Positions 13,291 through 26,654 are shown, counted from the first letter of the stretch. The stretch is 64,000 nucleotides of DNA from Camelus dromedarius (GCF_036321535.1 NC_087460.1:3224001-3288000), one strand, 5' to 3'. The notes: generated by a model not told the origin, from the sequence alone. Program-made: numbers and translations.

Positions 13291-16159
13291 TTCCTTGTAC
13301 TCAGCACCCTGCCTGGCGAGTTAGTCCCAGCACATGTTTGTTTCTCCCAACGCCCTCGCACCTATGCAGAGACACAAGTCAATCCTCGTGAAACATTCTG
13401 GTGCCATTTTCTGCAGCTAAAAAGCTTGAGAACCTCTACTGCCACTGGTCCTAGGGTCAGAAGATCTGGGCTTGAGTCTCAACGTGGCACAAAGTGGTGT
13501 GTAACTCTGATCACCCCCTGCCAGACCCCCATGTTTTCTCTGTAATGTTGGGGACCGAGCGACTAGATGACCTTCCACCTCCCTGGGGCTTAGCATCCTC
13601 CCATTCAAGTATTCTGATGAATCCAACTTTCTTCCTTTAAAGTTGAGAAAACTGCCAAAGCAGCTCCAGGGGGTGGGACCACCCCAGGGAGACACAGGAA
13701 TTAGGAGGGGTCACAGGAGGGAAATGGAAGTGGAGGTCGTGGGCTGGGAGTGACAGGGGTGCCCTGCACTGTTTTACCGCAGCAAGGCTGCACAGAATGG
13801 CTTCTGTACCGCATCCTCAACGAGACACCTGCTGACAAGTCCCGCTGGCCCGGGACGGGCAGGGCAGGAGGAGCAGAGCCCCCCTCCTCACCTGACCCCA
13901 CACACCGATGCAGGATGGCCTCTCTCAAGGGAGATGTGTCCCAGAGGTGTCAGGACTGATGGTGGTAAGACCCGAATGCTAGATCCTGCCCTGCATTCCG
14001 AGGGGTGGCCTTCAACAAGTCGGCTCCTGCTCTGGCACCGCCCTGCCCACCTCTGGGCTGTGATGAGGAGGAAGCGTCACAAGGTGGAGGGCATCCCCAG
14101 CAAGCCCGCCTTCCCTGGACAGAGGAGCGCCTTTCCTCGCTGAGACTGGCGTCCCAGCTTGGGGGTGAGGCGCAAAACCGACATCCTCCACGTCTGATGC
14201 GTGACTGGTGGCGGCTTCGTGAAGCCGGTGCTCTGCCTTCTTCTGTGTCATCTTCTCAGTTAATTCTCTGCTGTCACACTCTGGGGCCGTCATCTTCATG
14301 TTCCCGATGAGGAACTAGAGCTGGAAGTTAGACCGCTTGCCGAGAGACCCGTGGTTACTGAATGGTTGAGCCAGGATGTGTCTCTAAGGTCATTTCGAAA
14401 ATCCAATCGGTTCAAAATTTGTATTACCAAGGCTTGCCCAGTGAGGAGTCTGCCTCCGTCCCCTTCCCCCGGCGCTGCCCCTCCGCAAGGCCACCAGGAC
14501 AAACCAGTTTCTTACATGTCATCCCAGACGTGGTCTCTGCAGACACCTGCTGAAGGGCACCGATGTTCTTTTGTGTCCTCCTGAGCCAAATGGTAACGTC
14601 GTAAGGCGCTGTACTTTGCTTTTAAACTTAATAAGTATCTTGAGGGCTGTTTCTCTCTCTCTCTCCCCCAGCTGCAACTCCACGCCTGGGACTTTGCCAC
14701 TGGATTTGTACAGAGTCCGTCCCTGAAGGGCTGCCTTTGGTTAGGGTGGAGGCGGGAGGCGGGAGGCCGTGAGGCATGAGAGCTGGGAGACTTAGAGAGG
14801 CTGTAGACAGCCTCCTGCATCGCCAAGTGTGTCCCTGAAACCCAGAGCGGCCGACCCCATCAGACCACTGGCACAAGCCTGGGAGCCTTCCGGAGCAGGA
14901 CCTGTGACGAGTTCACTGCCCAGAGGGGGCCCGGCTCCCAGAGTGGGTGGCAGGACGGCAGCCCAGCCCACCAAGGACCAGGGCCGGGGCTGCAGCACGT
15001 TGCGGGGAACCCCTGGCCTGACTTGGCTTTCTTTTTTACTGAAGAGAAATCTGGGTACATGCTGCTGGTCCCAAGCATCAGGGCAGCATTTTGAGTTCAG
15101 AAGCCCTCTTTCCCTGAGCCTCTGTTCAACCTTCCTCCTGCCAGGACTCGCCTCCATGCAGGTGAAGGGACTGGATCGCCAGTCCCGGGGGACAGCAGAG
15201 AGCCCCAGGGAGCTGGCTGGGTGATCAAGGGTGTCTGGGGTGGGATCTGGGGTCCTCGTCACCCTCTGGGCCTCCATCCCCTAAATTCCCCCCATTTACA
15301 TTGTAAAAAATAAGTTATGCTTGAAGGGAACTTCCACAGCATGAAATTCAAACAAGATTTAGTGACGCGTCTTCCTGGAGGACAGAGAGCTACACGAGGG
15401 GCCAGCATTGTATGAAACACCGCGAGGCCGGAAGGTCCAAGTGCAAGATTTCCCCTTCAAAGGAGTCTAGGGTCTGAGGGCTAGACCAGCTACCGTTTTT
15501 CTAGGATGGTTTAGAGACCATTTTACTGGGAGGTCAGTGGTTCCCAGAGCACTGCACTTGACAGGTCAGCAAAGCTTCGCCCCCAAATTTGGATCAGCGA
15601 AAAGCTGATGCCTCCGTGTTCTGCCACGTAGACACACGTAGATGGTAGATACAGATGTAGAAAGGCCGTGTGCTGAGACCACTGTTTCCCACAGAAAGGT
15701 CATTCTAATAACGGAAAGTAAGACAATCTCAGAGTAAAGCCACTCCTTCAGGGGATGTTCTCTGCTCTCGTACACAGTCTTTGTTTGTCCTCAGACCAGC
15801 AAACATTTCCTCAGGGGCCTTCAGAGGCCCCTCATGGGCCCTCCTGTAAGAGTTAAAGTGCCTGATGATGTGACCTGGACACGGCTTCCTAACCGAAGGT
15901 GTTTACTGTCCATTTCTTTAAATTATTTCTTGAATTTATTTCTTAAAGTTCTTCAGACCTCCCTCCCTCCCTCCCTTCTTTATTCTTTCCCTTCCTCCTT
16001 TCCCTCCTTCTCATCCTTTACAAATGCTTATTGAGCAGGTGCTCTGTTCTAGTCACTTTTTGGCCACCTTCTCCTCTACAATGCACGTTTCTGCAACACC
16101 AAAGTGCTCACCCACACCTGATCAAGGGGCAGCCCTTGAGGTTATAAAGTGAAGCTTGG

Positions 16160-16631
16160 ATAAGGAAGATATTCCACACAGTAGAATACTACTCAGCCAT
16201 AAAAAAGGATGAATTAATCTCATTTGCAGCAACATGGATGGACCTAGAGATTATCAAACTAAGTGAAGTAAAAGTCAGACAGAAAGACAAATGTCATATG
16301 ATATCATGTATATGTGGAATCTGAAAGAATGACACAAATGAATTTATTGACAAAGCAGAAGCAGGCTCACAGGCATAGAAAACAAACTTATGATTACCAG
16401 AGGGAAAAGGAGAGGAGGGATAAATTAGGAGTTTGGGATCAGCAGATACACATGACTATATATAAAATAGATAAACAGCAAGGACCGACTGTAGAGCACA
16501 GGGAACTATATTCAACAGCTTGTAAAACCTATAATGAAAATATAGGGATATGTATGCATCCCTGAATCACTATGCTGTACATCAGAAATTAACACAATGT
16601 TGTAAATCAACTCTACTTCAATTTTTAAAAA
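16160..16631 (+). mobile_element. 5'-truncated L1 with target-site duplication
   Basis: Typical L1 3' end and A-tail. TSD aaagtgaagct at 16146-16156 and 16632-16642. Confidence 0.92.
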
Positions 16632-17879
16632 AAAGTGAAGCTGGGTTGGTCCCACTGGCGTTCTTCCTGGCCAGGAGAGCTGCTGCAGCAGGGGCAGAAT
16701 GAAGACCCTCAGCAAAAGCAAAAGGCCTTTGACTGGCTTCAGCTGAGACAAGAGCCCTTTCAGCTCTATTTTAAGAAAATTGTAAAAGCGTGCCCGCACC
16801 TGGGGTTCGGTCCCCAGAGAGACTCATCCCAGGAAGCAGGCTGCACTTCCTCCTGGGCCCACCTGGCCGGGAGTTCACCTCCATCTGCACCGTCTCATCA
16901 CCTGCAGGCGACAGTGCCATGTGAGAGTTTTAGCATCTCTGGGGGCGACCTCGGACGTACAGCTGCCCGGCCCGGCTGCCCAGGGTTTCTCCCGAGGCAC
17001 CGATGCCCGCTTTGGGTAGGCTGCTATCACTAAGTTTGAAGCTCTGTCTTACCCTATAGTTTTTAGCCTGTTATTTTTAGTGTGCAATTTCACAGCATGC
17101 AAATTTTTCAGGAATGCCCGCTATAATGATGTCATAGCGCAAAAACCTGTCCTGAACAAGTCCTACTGATCTTCAAACGTATATTAAACCGTAGTGTAAT
17201 CACACCCACAGGACACTCAGCCATGGTTAAAACAGAACAAGCAGAGCTATGCAGGGAAATCCCCACTGCAGAGTAAATGAAAAAAGCAAGTTGCACAACA
17301 ATACATACAGTGTGATGTATCCATGGGGCGGGGGAGATAGCCTTCAAAACAACACCTTTTTCCCCTGTGGGGGCATGCATTTTTGTCCATCAGTACACTG
17401 AAGGGAAACCTGGTAACTGCTCGTCTCTTAGTGGGATGGGGAGGAGGCTCCAGCCTCACTGCCCGTGGCCCCCTCCAGACCCTTCCCTCGGGCCGAAGGT
17501 CCTTGATTTTCCTGCAGTGCCTTTTCTAGACCACACTCTGGAACTTAGGACCCAGCATTCTCTTTCTACAAATCCTGAGCTCACTTCCAGACTTGCATGA
17601 ATTCGTGCTCTGGATCTATTCTCCCCACCCCTTGGCCTTCGTGGACACCTCAGGTCCAAGGAGCCAGGGTGGGAAGAGATGAGGGGAGCAAGAGACCTCT
17701 GGTGGCCCCCCTGCTCCACCCACAAGCAGCAGAGGCAGCCGGAGCGCCAGGAGACAGGTGGGCTCTACCTGGTCCTACAGGGTTTTATCTGTAAGGCTCA
17801 GGTTTTCTTATAGGGCAAATTGTTTTTGCATTGCTTGTGTACTAACAGTTCATTAAAACATAATTAAAAGGCTATTACA

Positions 17880-17970
17880 ATATGTACATACACGCATGAC
17901 GGGGACATGATGCCGTACACCAGAAACTGACACGTTGTAACTGACTATACTTCAATTTTAAAAAAACATA
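17880..17970 (+). mobile_element. Very short L1 3' terminus
   Basis: ccgtacaccagaaactgacacgttgtaactgactatacttcaattttaaaaaa. Confidence 0.8.
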
Positions 17971-18720
17971 ATGAAAAGAATTCAAATGCCCCCCTATTCA
18001 TCCAGAGATTGCAACTAACAGAGTCTTTAATGATCAAGGCCCCTGGGGCAGAGGTCAGGAGAGGAAGGGGGAAGAAATGAAGACACGGGGGAACAGAGCT
18101 CTGATCACTCTGAGTGACAGGTGTCAATTACTTCCTAATTTTAAAGAAAGCAAACATATTTTGATGGCTGTACAGGGCCATGGGGGTGAGGGTGGAATTC
18201 CCCAGAAGCATAGGCCACAGCAATTAGTGGACTTCCCACTCGCGTCCACCCACTGCCAGGCATCCAGCCCACGGCCAGGCGAGAGGAGGACACCGGAAGT
18301 AGCCGTGAGCAGCTGGGATCTCGGTGCACCGGGGCAGATGGTCAGAGCGCCTGTCAGAGGGGCCGCAGACCCGGGGATTTCCTGGGGGTGGAGTCCCAGG
18401 CAGGCTATTCTGAGGTGTCCCCCAGCTCCCCCACATCAGTTCCAGGAAGCCTGCCTGGGACCATCAGAAAGTTGCCACCTTGCCTTCAGCTTCATTCAGC
18501 AACACTGGCCGGTGCGGGCATGGGGGTGCAGGCCACCTGGTCGTGAGCCGAAAGAGCCCCAGACAGGAAGCAGGAGGCTGGCCGTCTTGGGGAGGGCGCG
18601 TGAGCGTGCGTGACTTTGGGCAGTCCACTCACTCCTGGGCACTCCGGGCCCCTCTTCCACGTGTGATGTGTGAAACTGGGATGATATTTCATCTCAGGGC
18701 AACTTCAAAAGGCTGTGGAG

Positions 18721-18976
18721 AAAATTATATCAGATAATGAATGTGGAAGCAATTTGCTAGCCATAAAGTGCCATGAGAATCTGAAGGTCCCGTCTCCATC
18801 CAGATGTCACCTCCTCCAGGAAGCCTTCCCTGGCTCCCTAGTCTGGATAAACTTATAATACCAGATACTGAATGTGACAGTAAATTGTGAGCCACAAAGT
18901 ACTGTGAAAATCTAATGGCTCATTTCCATCCAGATGTCACCTCCTCCAGGAAGCTTTCCCTGGCTCCCTAGTCTGG
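18721..18976 (+). repeat. Tandem duplication of a ~130-bp unit (MIR-like end plus L2-like segment)
   Basis: 18795-18846 and 18925-18976 match at 51/52 positions. The preceding ~75 bp of each unit align at only about 70%. Confidence 0.85.
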
Positions 18977-20589
18977 CTTAGAGGTTCCTATTCTTGGCCC
19001 TCTAGAGCCCACGTGTCAGCTTCAGTTTTGACACTTCGTATGTCCTGTTATACTGATGTACTTGGAAGACAAAAATCTGATTTGTCTGTCCCTCCCCAGG
19101 TTCTATCATCATGTTGGACACAGAGCAAGGACCCCACAATCGCCCTGAAAGGGATGTGTGAGTGACTGAGTGGTTACTGGCCTCGGCCTCCCTCCCGTCA
19201 CTCTGACTGCCACGGCGTACCCACGGACCCACCCCTGCCGCCAGCCCAGGGGTGCTGACAATGGCACAATGCCTCATTTGCGTTTCTCTGTGTTCCCCCC
19301 AATATGTGTTCTTCCTGCAAACCCCATGATCCAGACTCTAACCCCTCGATGTCAGAGGCCTTGTCTAGTAGTAAGTACATAGTTAAAATAGATGAAAATG
19401 TTAATTCAACCGTAATTAAAACAACAAAGCACTCAGTAGGGGAACGCAAATCCCCCTGAACTGAAACACACGTGCACATGCACACACTCAGAGCTCCCCA
19501 GGGCCCTGGGAGGTCTTAGGGCACAAGATTTGATGCCCAAGACTCAGAGCCCAGGCTAAGAGCTTCTTCTGTGACAGGCCCAGCAAACCGTCCTCCTGCT
19601 GAGAGATGGAGCATTTCAATGCTATAGAGAAAGAGCTGGCCAGAGTGTGCTGTGGGTTCCACCAAAGTTAAGGCAGAAAACCTCCCCGCTCTGGGCTGGG
19701 CACAGCCATCAGCCTTGCGGGGGGACTAAGAAGACGGGTCGCTGGAGCTGGAGGAGGGGAAGGCTCTGTGGAGGAGGGGTAGTTTGGGGACTAGAGAGAC
19801 ACTGAGTGTATGAGCCCTGAGCTTGCAAAGGAAGAAGGGTACAGTGGTGAACACAGGCTGGACAGGCAGAGCGGGGCTGGAGGAGAACCTTGGAGCACAC
19901 GGGGGTGAATCTCCGTCAGAAGAGCTTCAGGAGGCCTGAGGAGGGCAGCTGCACATAGAGGGTGGTGTTGCAAGGGAGGGATCTGAGGTGGAGCTGGATG
20001 GACGCCTGGAGGAGAGACATTAGGCAATTTAACACTGAGAGTAATTCCTGCCACCCACTCTGGCAAGGGCTCCCCTAAACCCGGAGAGATGTTTGCAGTG
20101 GCTGCTCCTGCATTCGCCCCAGGGCCCCTGCCAGCTGCGAGCAGAGTCCCTCTGTGACCCCCTCACCTGGACGCCGTGCTTACCAGGTGAGTCCGAGACC
20201 CTTCGCCGCATCTCGCAGCGCCTCAGCAGGCAGTTATTAGAAGCGTGCGGCGGCCCAGACAAGGTGAGGCTCCCCCTGTGCTCTTAACACACGGAGCTTG
20301 AGGTCGCCTGGCTTCTTCCCAGCCAAGCAGACAATAACGCAAGTCCCGCCTATTTTAAACATTAAATGGGGGTGATGAGTTTGGCTCCAGGTGTCCGAGG
20401 AGCCTGGGCGGTGGGGGGCGCCTGCAGCAGCCCTGGCTGGGTGGGGCTGGTGCTGGGATCGCTTCGCTCCCATAACCCACCGGATCGTGTGCACGTCTGA
20501 ACCCCTCGCCAGGGTCTGCCCTCAATCTCCCCCAGCTTTCTGTTGTCGTGGAAAAGCCTGCGGTGTGCAGAAGGAATTTTACAGAGGAA

Positions 20590-20800
20590 ACACGGCGGGG
20601 TGAGCAGGAATTTGGAGTCAGCTCTACCTGGGTTCAAATTCTGGCCTCCTACGTGTAAGCTGTGTGATCTAGACAAACTACTTCATCTCCCTGTGCCTGA
20701 GTTTTCTCAGTGTAAAACGAAGGGAAATAGTACCAGGTTCCTAGAGTTGAAGAAAGAATTAAAACAGCCAACGTGCATGAAGCCCCCGGCCCTTAGCACG
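20590..20800 (+). mobile_element. MIR SINE, near full core
   Basis: tttggagtcag...ctgggttcaaattctggcctc...gtgtgatctagacaaactacttcatctccctgtgcctgagttttctcagtgtaaaa. Confidence 0.85.
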
Positions 20801-21501
20801 TCCCCAGTAGATCCATGTTTTCTTCCCTGAGCGCCCGGGTTCTGTCTGTGCATCTCAGCCCCTGCCTGACTCTTCGGTTCCTCCCTGGGGAGACCCCCAG
20901 CCCAGGATGAGGGGGGACGGGACTGGAAGAAAACCCTCAGATCCCACAAGCCAAAAGCCCCTGGGTCCCAAACATCTAAAAACATCACTAAAAGTTCACA
21001 ACCTCAAAAGCCTCTGAGTCCCCCCCAACTCTTCTGGCTTTATAACCTCCTCCCCTTCCTCTACCACAGCGGCCCTGTCATAGGCCATGGCACCCAGAGG
21101 ACGAAGGGTGCGGGGGGCAGGATGCCGCCGTCTCCCAGCCCCGGGGTGAGGCATTCACGCCTCCCTGTCCTCCCTGGCCACACTTTGTTCCCTGTGGCTC
21201 CCTGGTCCTCTCTCTACAGCTCTCCTCCTCCCTTGATGCCTCTGAGGGTGAATGGGGTCTGGGATCGTATGTAGAGCAGCCCTCTGTGCTCATGACTAAC
21301 CATCCATGATTTAGAGGAACTTGAAACATAGGATGAATCCAGTGAGAGAGAGATGGAGGACCAGCACTGGGGAGGGAGGAGCACGGAGCGCAACACACGC
21401 AGGTACATACATACATACGTGCGCACACGTGCACACACACAAACCACCGGTCACCTGTGTGGCTTATGCAATATGTGACTTAAAAGAAAAGCAGAATGTG
21501 A

Positions 21502-21588
21502 GGGGAGGGTATAGCTCAGTGGTAGAGTGCATACTTAGCATGCATGAAGTCCTGGGTTCAATCCCCAGTATCTCCATTAAAAAAAAAA
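21502..21588 (+). mobile_element. tRNA-Ala-derived camelid SINE (vic-1-like), short form
   Basis: A box tagctcagtggtagag, AGC anticodon arm, B box gggttcaatccc, then ccattaaaa A-tail. The acceptor stem is imperfect. Confidence 0.9.
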
Positions 21589-22562
21589 GTTGGGCAAAGG
21601 ATCTGAACAGACACTTTATCAAAGAAGATACACAGACTGCAAATGGGCACGTAAAAAGATGCTCACATCATATGTCATTAGGGATCACATATTTGAACAG
21701 CAGTGAGATTCGCCTGCACACCTGTTAGAACGGCTGAAACCGAAAGCACTGACAGCGCCCAGCGAGGGGAGGACGTGGAGCAGCAGGCGCTCTCGTTCCT
21801 CGCTGCTGGCAATGCAAAGTGGTGCAGCCACTTTGGAGGGCAGCTGGGCAGTCTCTGACAAAACTGAACACTCATACCTTACGACCCAGCAATCCCACTC
21901 CTTGGCATTGACCCAAATGAGTGGAAAACTTATTTCTGTGCAAAACTGGCACCCAAATGTTTCTAGCAGCTTTATTCAAAACTGCCAATGCCTGCAAGCA
22001 ACCAAGATGCCCTTCAACAGATGAATGATAAACACCCAGACAATGCAATATTAATTCAGCGCTGAAGAGAAATGAGTTATCAAGCTATGAAAAGACATGA
22101 GGAAGCTTAAAAGTTTATGCTAAGTGAAAAAAGCCAATCTGAGCAGGCTACACACTGTGTGGTTCTGCCTATGTGATATTCTGGGACGAGCAAAGCTACA
22201 AGAGACAGTTACAGGACCGGTGGTTGCCAATAACTCGGGGATGGATGGGTGGAGCACAGGGGATGTCAGAGCAGCGAAACCAGCCTGGGTGCTACTATGG
22301 TGGCAGTTACATGTCGCTGCACTCCTGTCAGAGCTCATCAAATGAACAACAGGAAGCGGGAGCTTCTGTAAACTGTAGACGTTAGTTAATAACATATCAA
22401 TATGGGCTCATCAAGTGGAAGAATGTGCCAGGCTCATGCAAGATTTAACAGTACAGGAGAATGAAGGTGGGGGTGAAGGATATACACAAATTTTCCATAC
22501 TTTTCCCCCAACTTTTTCTGTAAACCTAAAATTGCTCCCCAAAAGTCCGTGAATTAAAAAAA
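21589..22562 (+). mobile_element. Older L1M (L1MB/MC-like) ORF2 end and 3'UTR
   Basis: tgggcaaaggatctgaacagacac...aagatgctcacatc..., ending taaacctaaaattgctc...aaaaaaag. Confidence 0.85.
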
Positions 22563-23329
22563 GAAAGAGCAGTTGCATCACCTTGGGTAATGCTTAAGAT
22601 TTCTAGACCTCCATTTCAGTCTCCTTATCTACGAGGTGAGCGAGACTGACGGCTGACTCTAAGTGTCCGTGGAGAAGGAAATCTGCAAAGGCAGATGAAC
22701 GGGTTCCCCACCGTCCATCTCCCAAAGGCACTCGTGTTACAGCCTAGCTCTGCACCCACGCAGTCCCTCAGGTGGTGGAGTCCAGGACAGGGATGCTCTG
22801 AGCTGAACCGGACAAGACCCAGGCCCCCAGGGAAGCTGGGGTGAAGGGCTCGCCTTCACTGGACACACCAGGAGACAAGAAGTCCGCACACGGCGCAGAG
22901 CTCTGACGGAGGAGAGGAGCTTGCACAGAGGAGCAGCCTTGTGGACTCAGTCCTGAAAAGCACGCAGGAGCCTTCTGTCAACACAGGATGGACGGAGGAG
23001 AGGAGGAGGTCTCACACAAAGGGGGCAGCTGGGCCGACGCCACACCCACAGGAGCTACAGGGCTGGGCGGCCCCCCGGGGGTTCCGCCGGGAGGCCTGTG
23101 CCCACGCCGCCACCCGCAAGCCCAGCCCAGACCCGAGCCAGCCCCGGCCAGGCTCTCTGTTCCTTCCCCAGAAGCGGGGCGCACAACCCAGAAACCCGTG
23201 TTCTTTCAGATTCGGGATCTCCAACCTCAGCTCGGCCCTCGGGGGCTGCTCGGAAATTCTTTTTTGTTTCTCAGTTTCCTTTACCCCTTTCTCCACAATA
23301 GCTTTTTCAAACATGTGCTAAACCTCCTG

Positions 23330-24420
23330 GAACCTGTCTCCCCACTTCCCACATTCTCAGCAGATGGTCCCTGCCTCCGCCTCACCCTCAGCCCCACTGA
23401 CTGCTTCCTCTTTCCTGTGCATCACCTTGGAAACCATGGCCCCACCTGTCTCACTCGGATCCCTCCGTCCCTGCCCTGGTCCGTCGCCTCTAGCATCTTC
23501 AGCACAGCTGACCCCTCAGCCACTGAGACTGCGTTCCCTCCCTGTCCAGCTTCCCTGAGACCTTCGCTGGCTCCCTTCCCTGACCTTTCCCTCAAGTGTG
23601 CCTGTTCCTAGGCTTCTGCCCCCCCCCAGTTGCTCCTCTCCCCCACTCTGCCTGGGTGGTGCCAGTGGCTTCCCTGGCTTCACTCACCTAGGTGCTGCTG
23701 ATGCCCAAACGTGAGTGTCTTCAGCCACGTCTCTCCTCCGAGCATCCAATGGGACTAGCCGACTCCTCTTGGACATCGTACTTGGATGTCCCACAGCGAC
23801 CTCCTGAGATGCCTTTCCTCTGTAAACCCCCATTTCTGAGAACCCCCTTCCACTTCCCCATGGAAAAGATATTTTCAGGTTACTTTATTTGTGCCGCGGA
23901 ACACTGACACTCCCCAGGCACACCCATGAAAACACCAAGGTCACAGCTGATTGCAGCGAACACAGAAATCTGATTCTCTCTTTTGAAATTACGGGTTTGG
24001 AGACATAGTGACTGAACTCTGAAGATAGGAAACACCCGTCCTCAGCAGAGTTGATGGCAGGATGTGTATATTCTGTACCTGCTAGCCATCCCTGCTCCGT
24101 CCTCTTTTCCCTCCGAAACTGCATTCCTTCTCTAGTTGCCCAGGCTAGAAGCTTTTCATCATCAGTAAAGCAGCCCCCTAGATGGTCTGCTGCCTCCCCC
24201 GTCACTGTGTGCCCAGAGCCTTCCCTCCCAGAGCAAAGCCCCCATCCTGGCACACCTGCCCCTGGACCACCCAGCCCTGATGCCTGCTCAGCTTCACCTC
24301 TCCCGTCCCTCTCCTCACCCTGGACCCTGCAGCCAATATGCAGTGTCCCAAATTCTCTGTTCTCTCTTCCCTGCGGACTTACGCACGTGCCTTTTTTGTT
24401 GTTGTTCTAACTGGAACATT
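23330..24420 (+). mobile_element. L2 LINE remnant, continuing at ~26160-26410 beyond the inserted L1
   Basis: Pyrimidine-rich L2 phrases such as cttggatgtcccacag. The distal part ends in an L2-like 3' end cctggcacat...ttaatgaat. Confidence 0.65.
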
Positions 24421-24450
24421 CTTTCTCCACCCCTTTTTGGCTGTACAATT

Positions 24451-26143
24451 TTTTTTTTATTGAAGTATAGTCAGTTACAATGTGTCAGTTTCTGGTGTGC
24501 AGCACAGTGTTTCAGTCATACCGTACATACATGTATTTGTTTGCATGTTCTTTTTCATTATAGGTTACTATAAGATGTTGAATATAGTTCCCTGTGCTCT
24601 ACAGAAGAAGCCTGTTGTTTATCTATTTTATACATAGTAGTTAGCATTTGCACATCTGGAACGCCCAATTTATCCCTTCCTACCCCCCTCCCCCGGTAAC
24701 CATAAGTTTGTTTACTATGTCTGTGAGTCTGTTTCTGTTTTGTAGGTGAGTTCATTAGTGACTTCTGTTTTCTTTTCTTTCTTTTTTTTTCTTTTAGATT
24801 CCACATATGAGTGATATCTGTGCCATTTTCCTTTCTTCTTCTGGCTTACTTCACTTAGAATGAGGATCTTCAGACCCATCCATGTTGCTGCAAATGACAT
24901 TATTTTATTCTGTTTTATGGCTGAGTAGTATTCCATTGTACATATATGTACCACAACTTCTTTACCCAGTCATCTGTCAGTGGACATTTAAGTTGTTTCC
25001 GTGTCTTGGCTGTTGTATATAGTGCTGTCATGAACATTATGGTGCATGTATATTTTCGAATCTGAGTTCCTCCTGGATATATGCCCAAGAGTGGGATTGC
25101 TGGATCATATTAAGTCTGTTTTTAGTTTTTTGAAGAATCTCTGTATTGTTTTCCATAATGGCTATAACAAACTGCATTCCCACCGCAGTGCAGGAGGGCT
25201 CCCTTTTCTCCACAGCCTCTCCAGCTTTTATCATTTGTGGACTTTTTAATGATGGCCATTCTGACAGGCGTGAGGTGATTCCTCATGGCAGTTTTCATTT
25301 ACATTTCTCTGATAATTAGTGACACTGAGCATTTTTTCATGTGCCTGTTGGCTGTTTGTATGTCTTCATTGGAGAACTGCTTGTTTAGGTCTTCTGCCTA
25401 TTTTTGGATTGGGTTTTTTTTTTTTTTGCTATTAAGTTATATGAGTTGTTTATATATAGGCTGGAAATTAAACCTTTGTCAGTCGCATCATTTGCAAATA
25501 TTTTCTCCCATTACGTAGGTTGTCATTTTGTTTTGTTCATGGTTTCCTTTGCTGTGCAAAACCCAGTAAGTTTGATTAGGTCCCATTTGTTCATTTTTGC
25601 TTTTATTTCCATCACCTGGGTGGACTGGCCTAGGAGAACATTGCTAAGATTTATGTCAGATAATGTTTTGCCTGTGTTTTGTTTTAGGAGGTTTATAGCG
25701 TCATGTCTTATATTTAAGTCTATAAGCCATTTTGAGTTTACTTTTGTGTGTGGAGTAAGGAAGTGTTCTAACTTCATAGATTCACATGCTGCTTTTCCAG
25801 TTTTCCTGACACCACCAGCAGAAGAGACTGTCTTTCCACCATTGTATATTCTTGCCTCCTGTGTTGAAGATCAATTGACTGTAGGTCTGTGGGTTCATTT
25901 CTGGGCTCTCTCTCCTGTTCCCTTGATCCGTATGTCTGTTTTTGTTCCAGTATCACTCTGTTTTGATTACTGTAGCTCTGTGTTATTGTCTGAAGTCTGG
26001 GAGGGTCGTTCCTCCAGCTTTGTTCTTTTTCTTCAGTATTGCTTTGGCAATTCTTGGTCTTTTGTGATTCCCTATAAATTTTAGGATTTATTTTTAAGTG
26101 TTCTACTTCTGTGAAAAATGTCCTGGGTAATTTGATAGGGATC
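24451..26143 (-). mobile_element. ~1.7-kb 5'-truncated L1 with decayed ORF2 C-terminus
   Basis: ORF 25523-25777(-) LEHFLTPHTKVNSKWLIDLNIR...KWDLIKL.GFCTAKE is L1 ORF2. Degenerate 14-bp TSD ttggctgtacaatt (24437-24450) and ttggctatataatt (26144-26157). Confidence 0.95.
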
Positions 26144-26654
26144 TTGGCTATATAATTCTTGATCCACCTTTAGTTATGCCCTTAGCTGTCACTTCCTTGG
26201 GGAAGCTCTCCCCAGTGTACCAGTCATGGACCCACACGGCAGCCTTCATTTGCTCCATCACAGCCCCAGCCTCACTCTTCAGAGTTCCCCCCGATTGGCC
26301 CGATGCCACCCTACCCTGGTGGCCACTTGGAAAAACCCCACCACTGGGTTTCATGCCCTAGCATAAGACCTGGCACATCAAAGTTGTTGGATGAGTTAAT
26401 GAATTTGTTAGTGCCTTGTATTTGTCACTTGTTATATACACTGAAGAGTCAAAGGTTAAAAATAATAGCCCTGCACAAATGCACGTAAGGGGTAGACCCA
26501 CAAGGAAGCAAGTAAGTGTGGTAAAGGGTGATACACACTGTGAGACAGGGTGATAAGAGAGCGCGCAGAGCAGGCACCAAGGAGGATGCGATCAACTCCA
26601 CCATCTCAAGGGATGCATGAGAGACTGTTGTTTGTTTGTTTGTTTGTTTTTTGC

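Noticed and set aside
12300-14600. CpG-enriched stretches with several 70-140 aa ORFs and plausible splice sites (e.g. minus-strand acceptor near 12880)
   Set aside because: I could not assemble a consistent reading frame or recognise any protein. Left unannotated pending a homology search.
21502-21576. Apparent tRNA-Ala(AGC) gene (and five similar loci)
   Set aside because: The acceptor stem is mismatched, A-rich tails and TSDs are present, and multiple diverged copies occur. These are SINEs, not tRNA genes.
25037-26084. Protein-like ORFs at 25037-25234, 25523-25777 and 25404-26084
   Set aside because: These are fragmented L1 ORF2 or its antisense frame, not a host gene or intact element.
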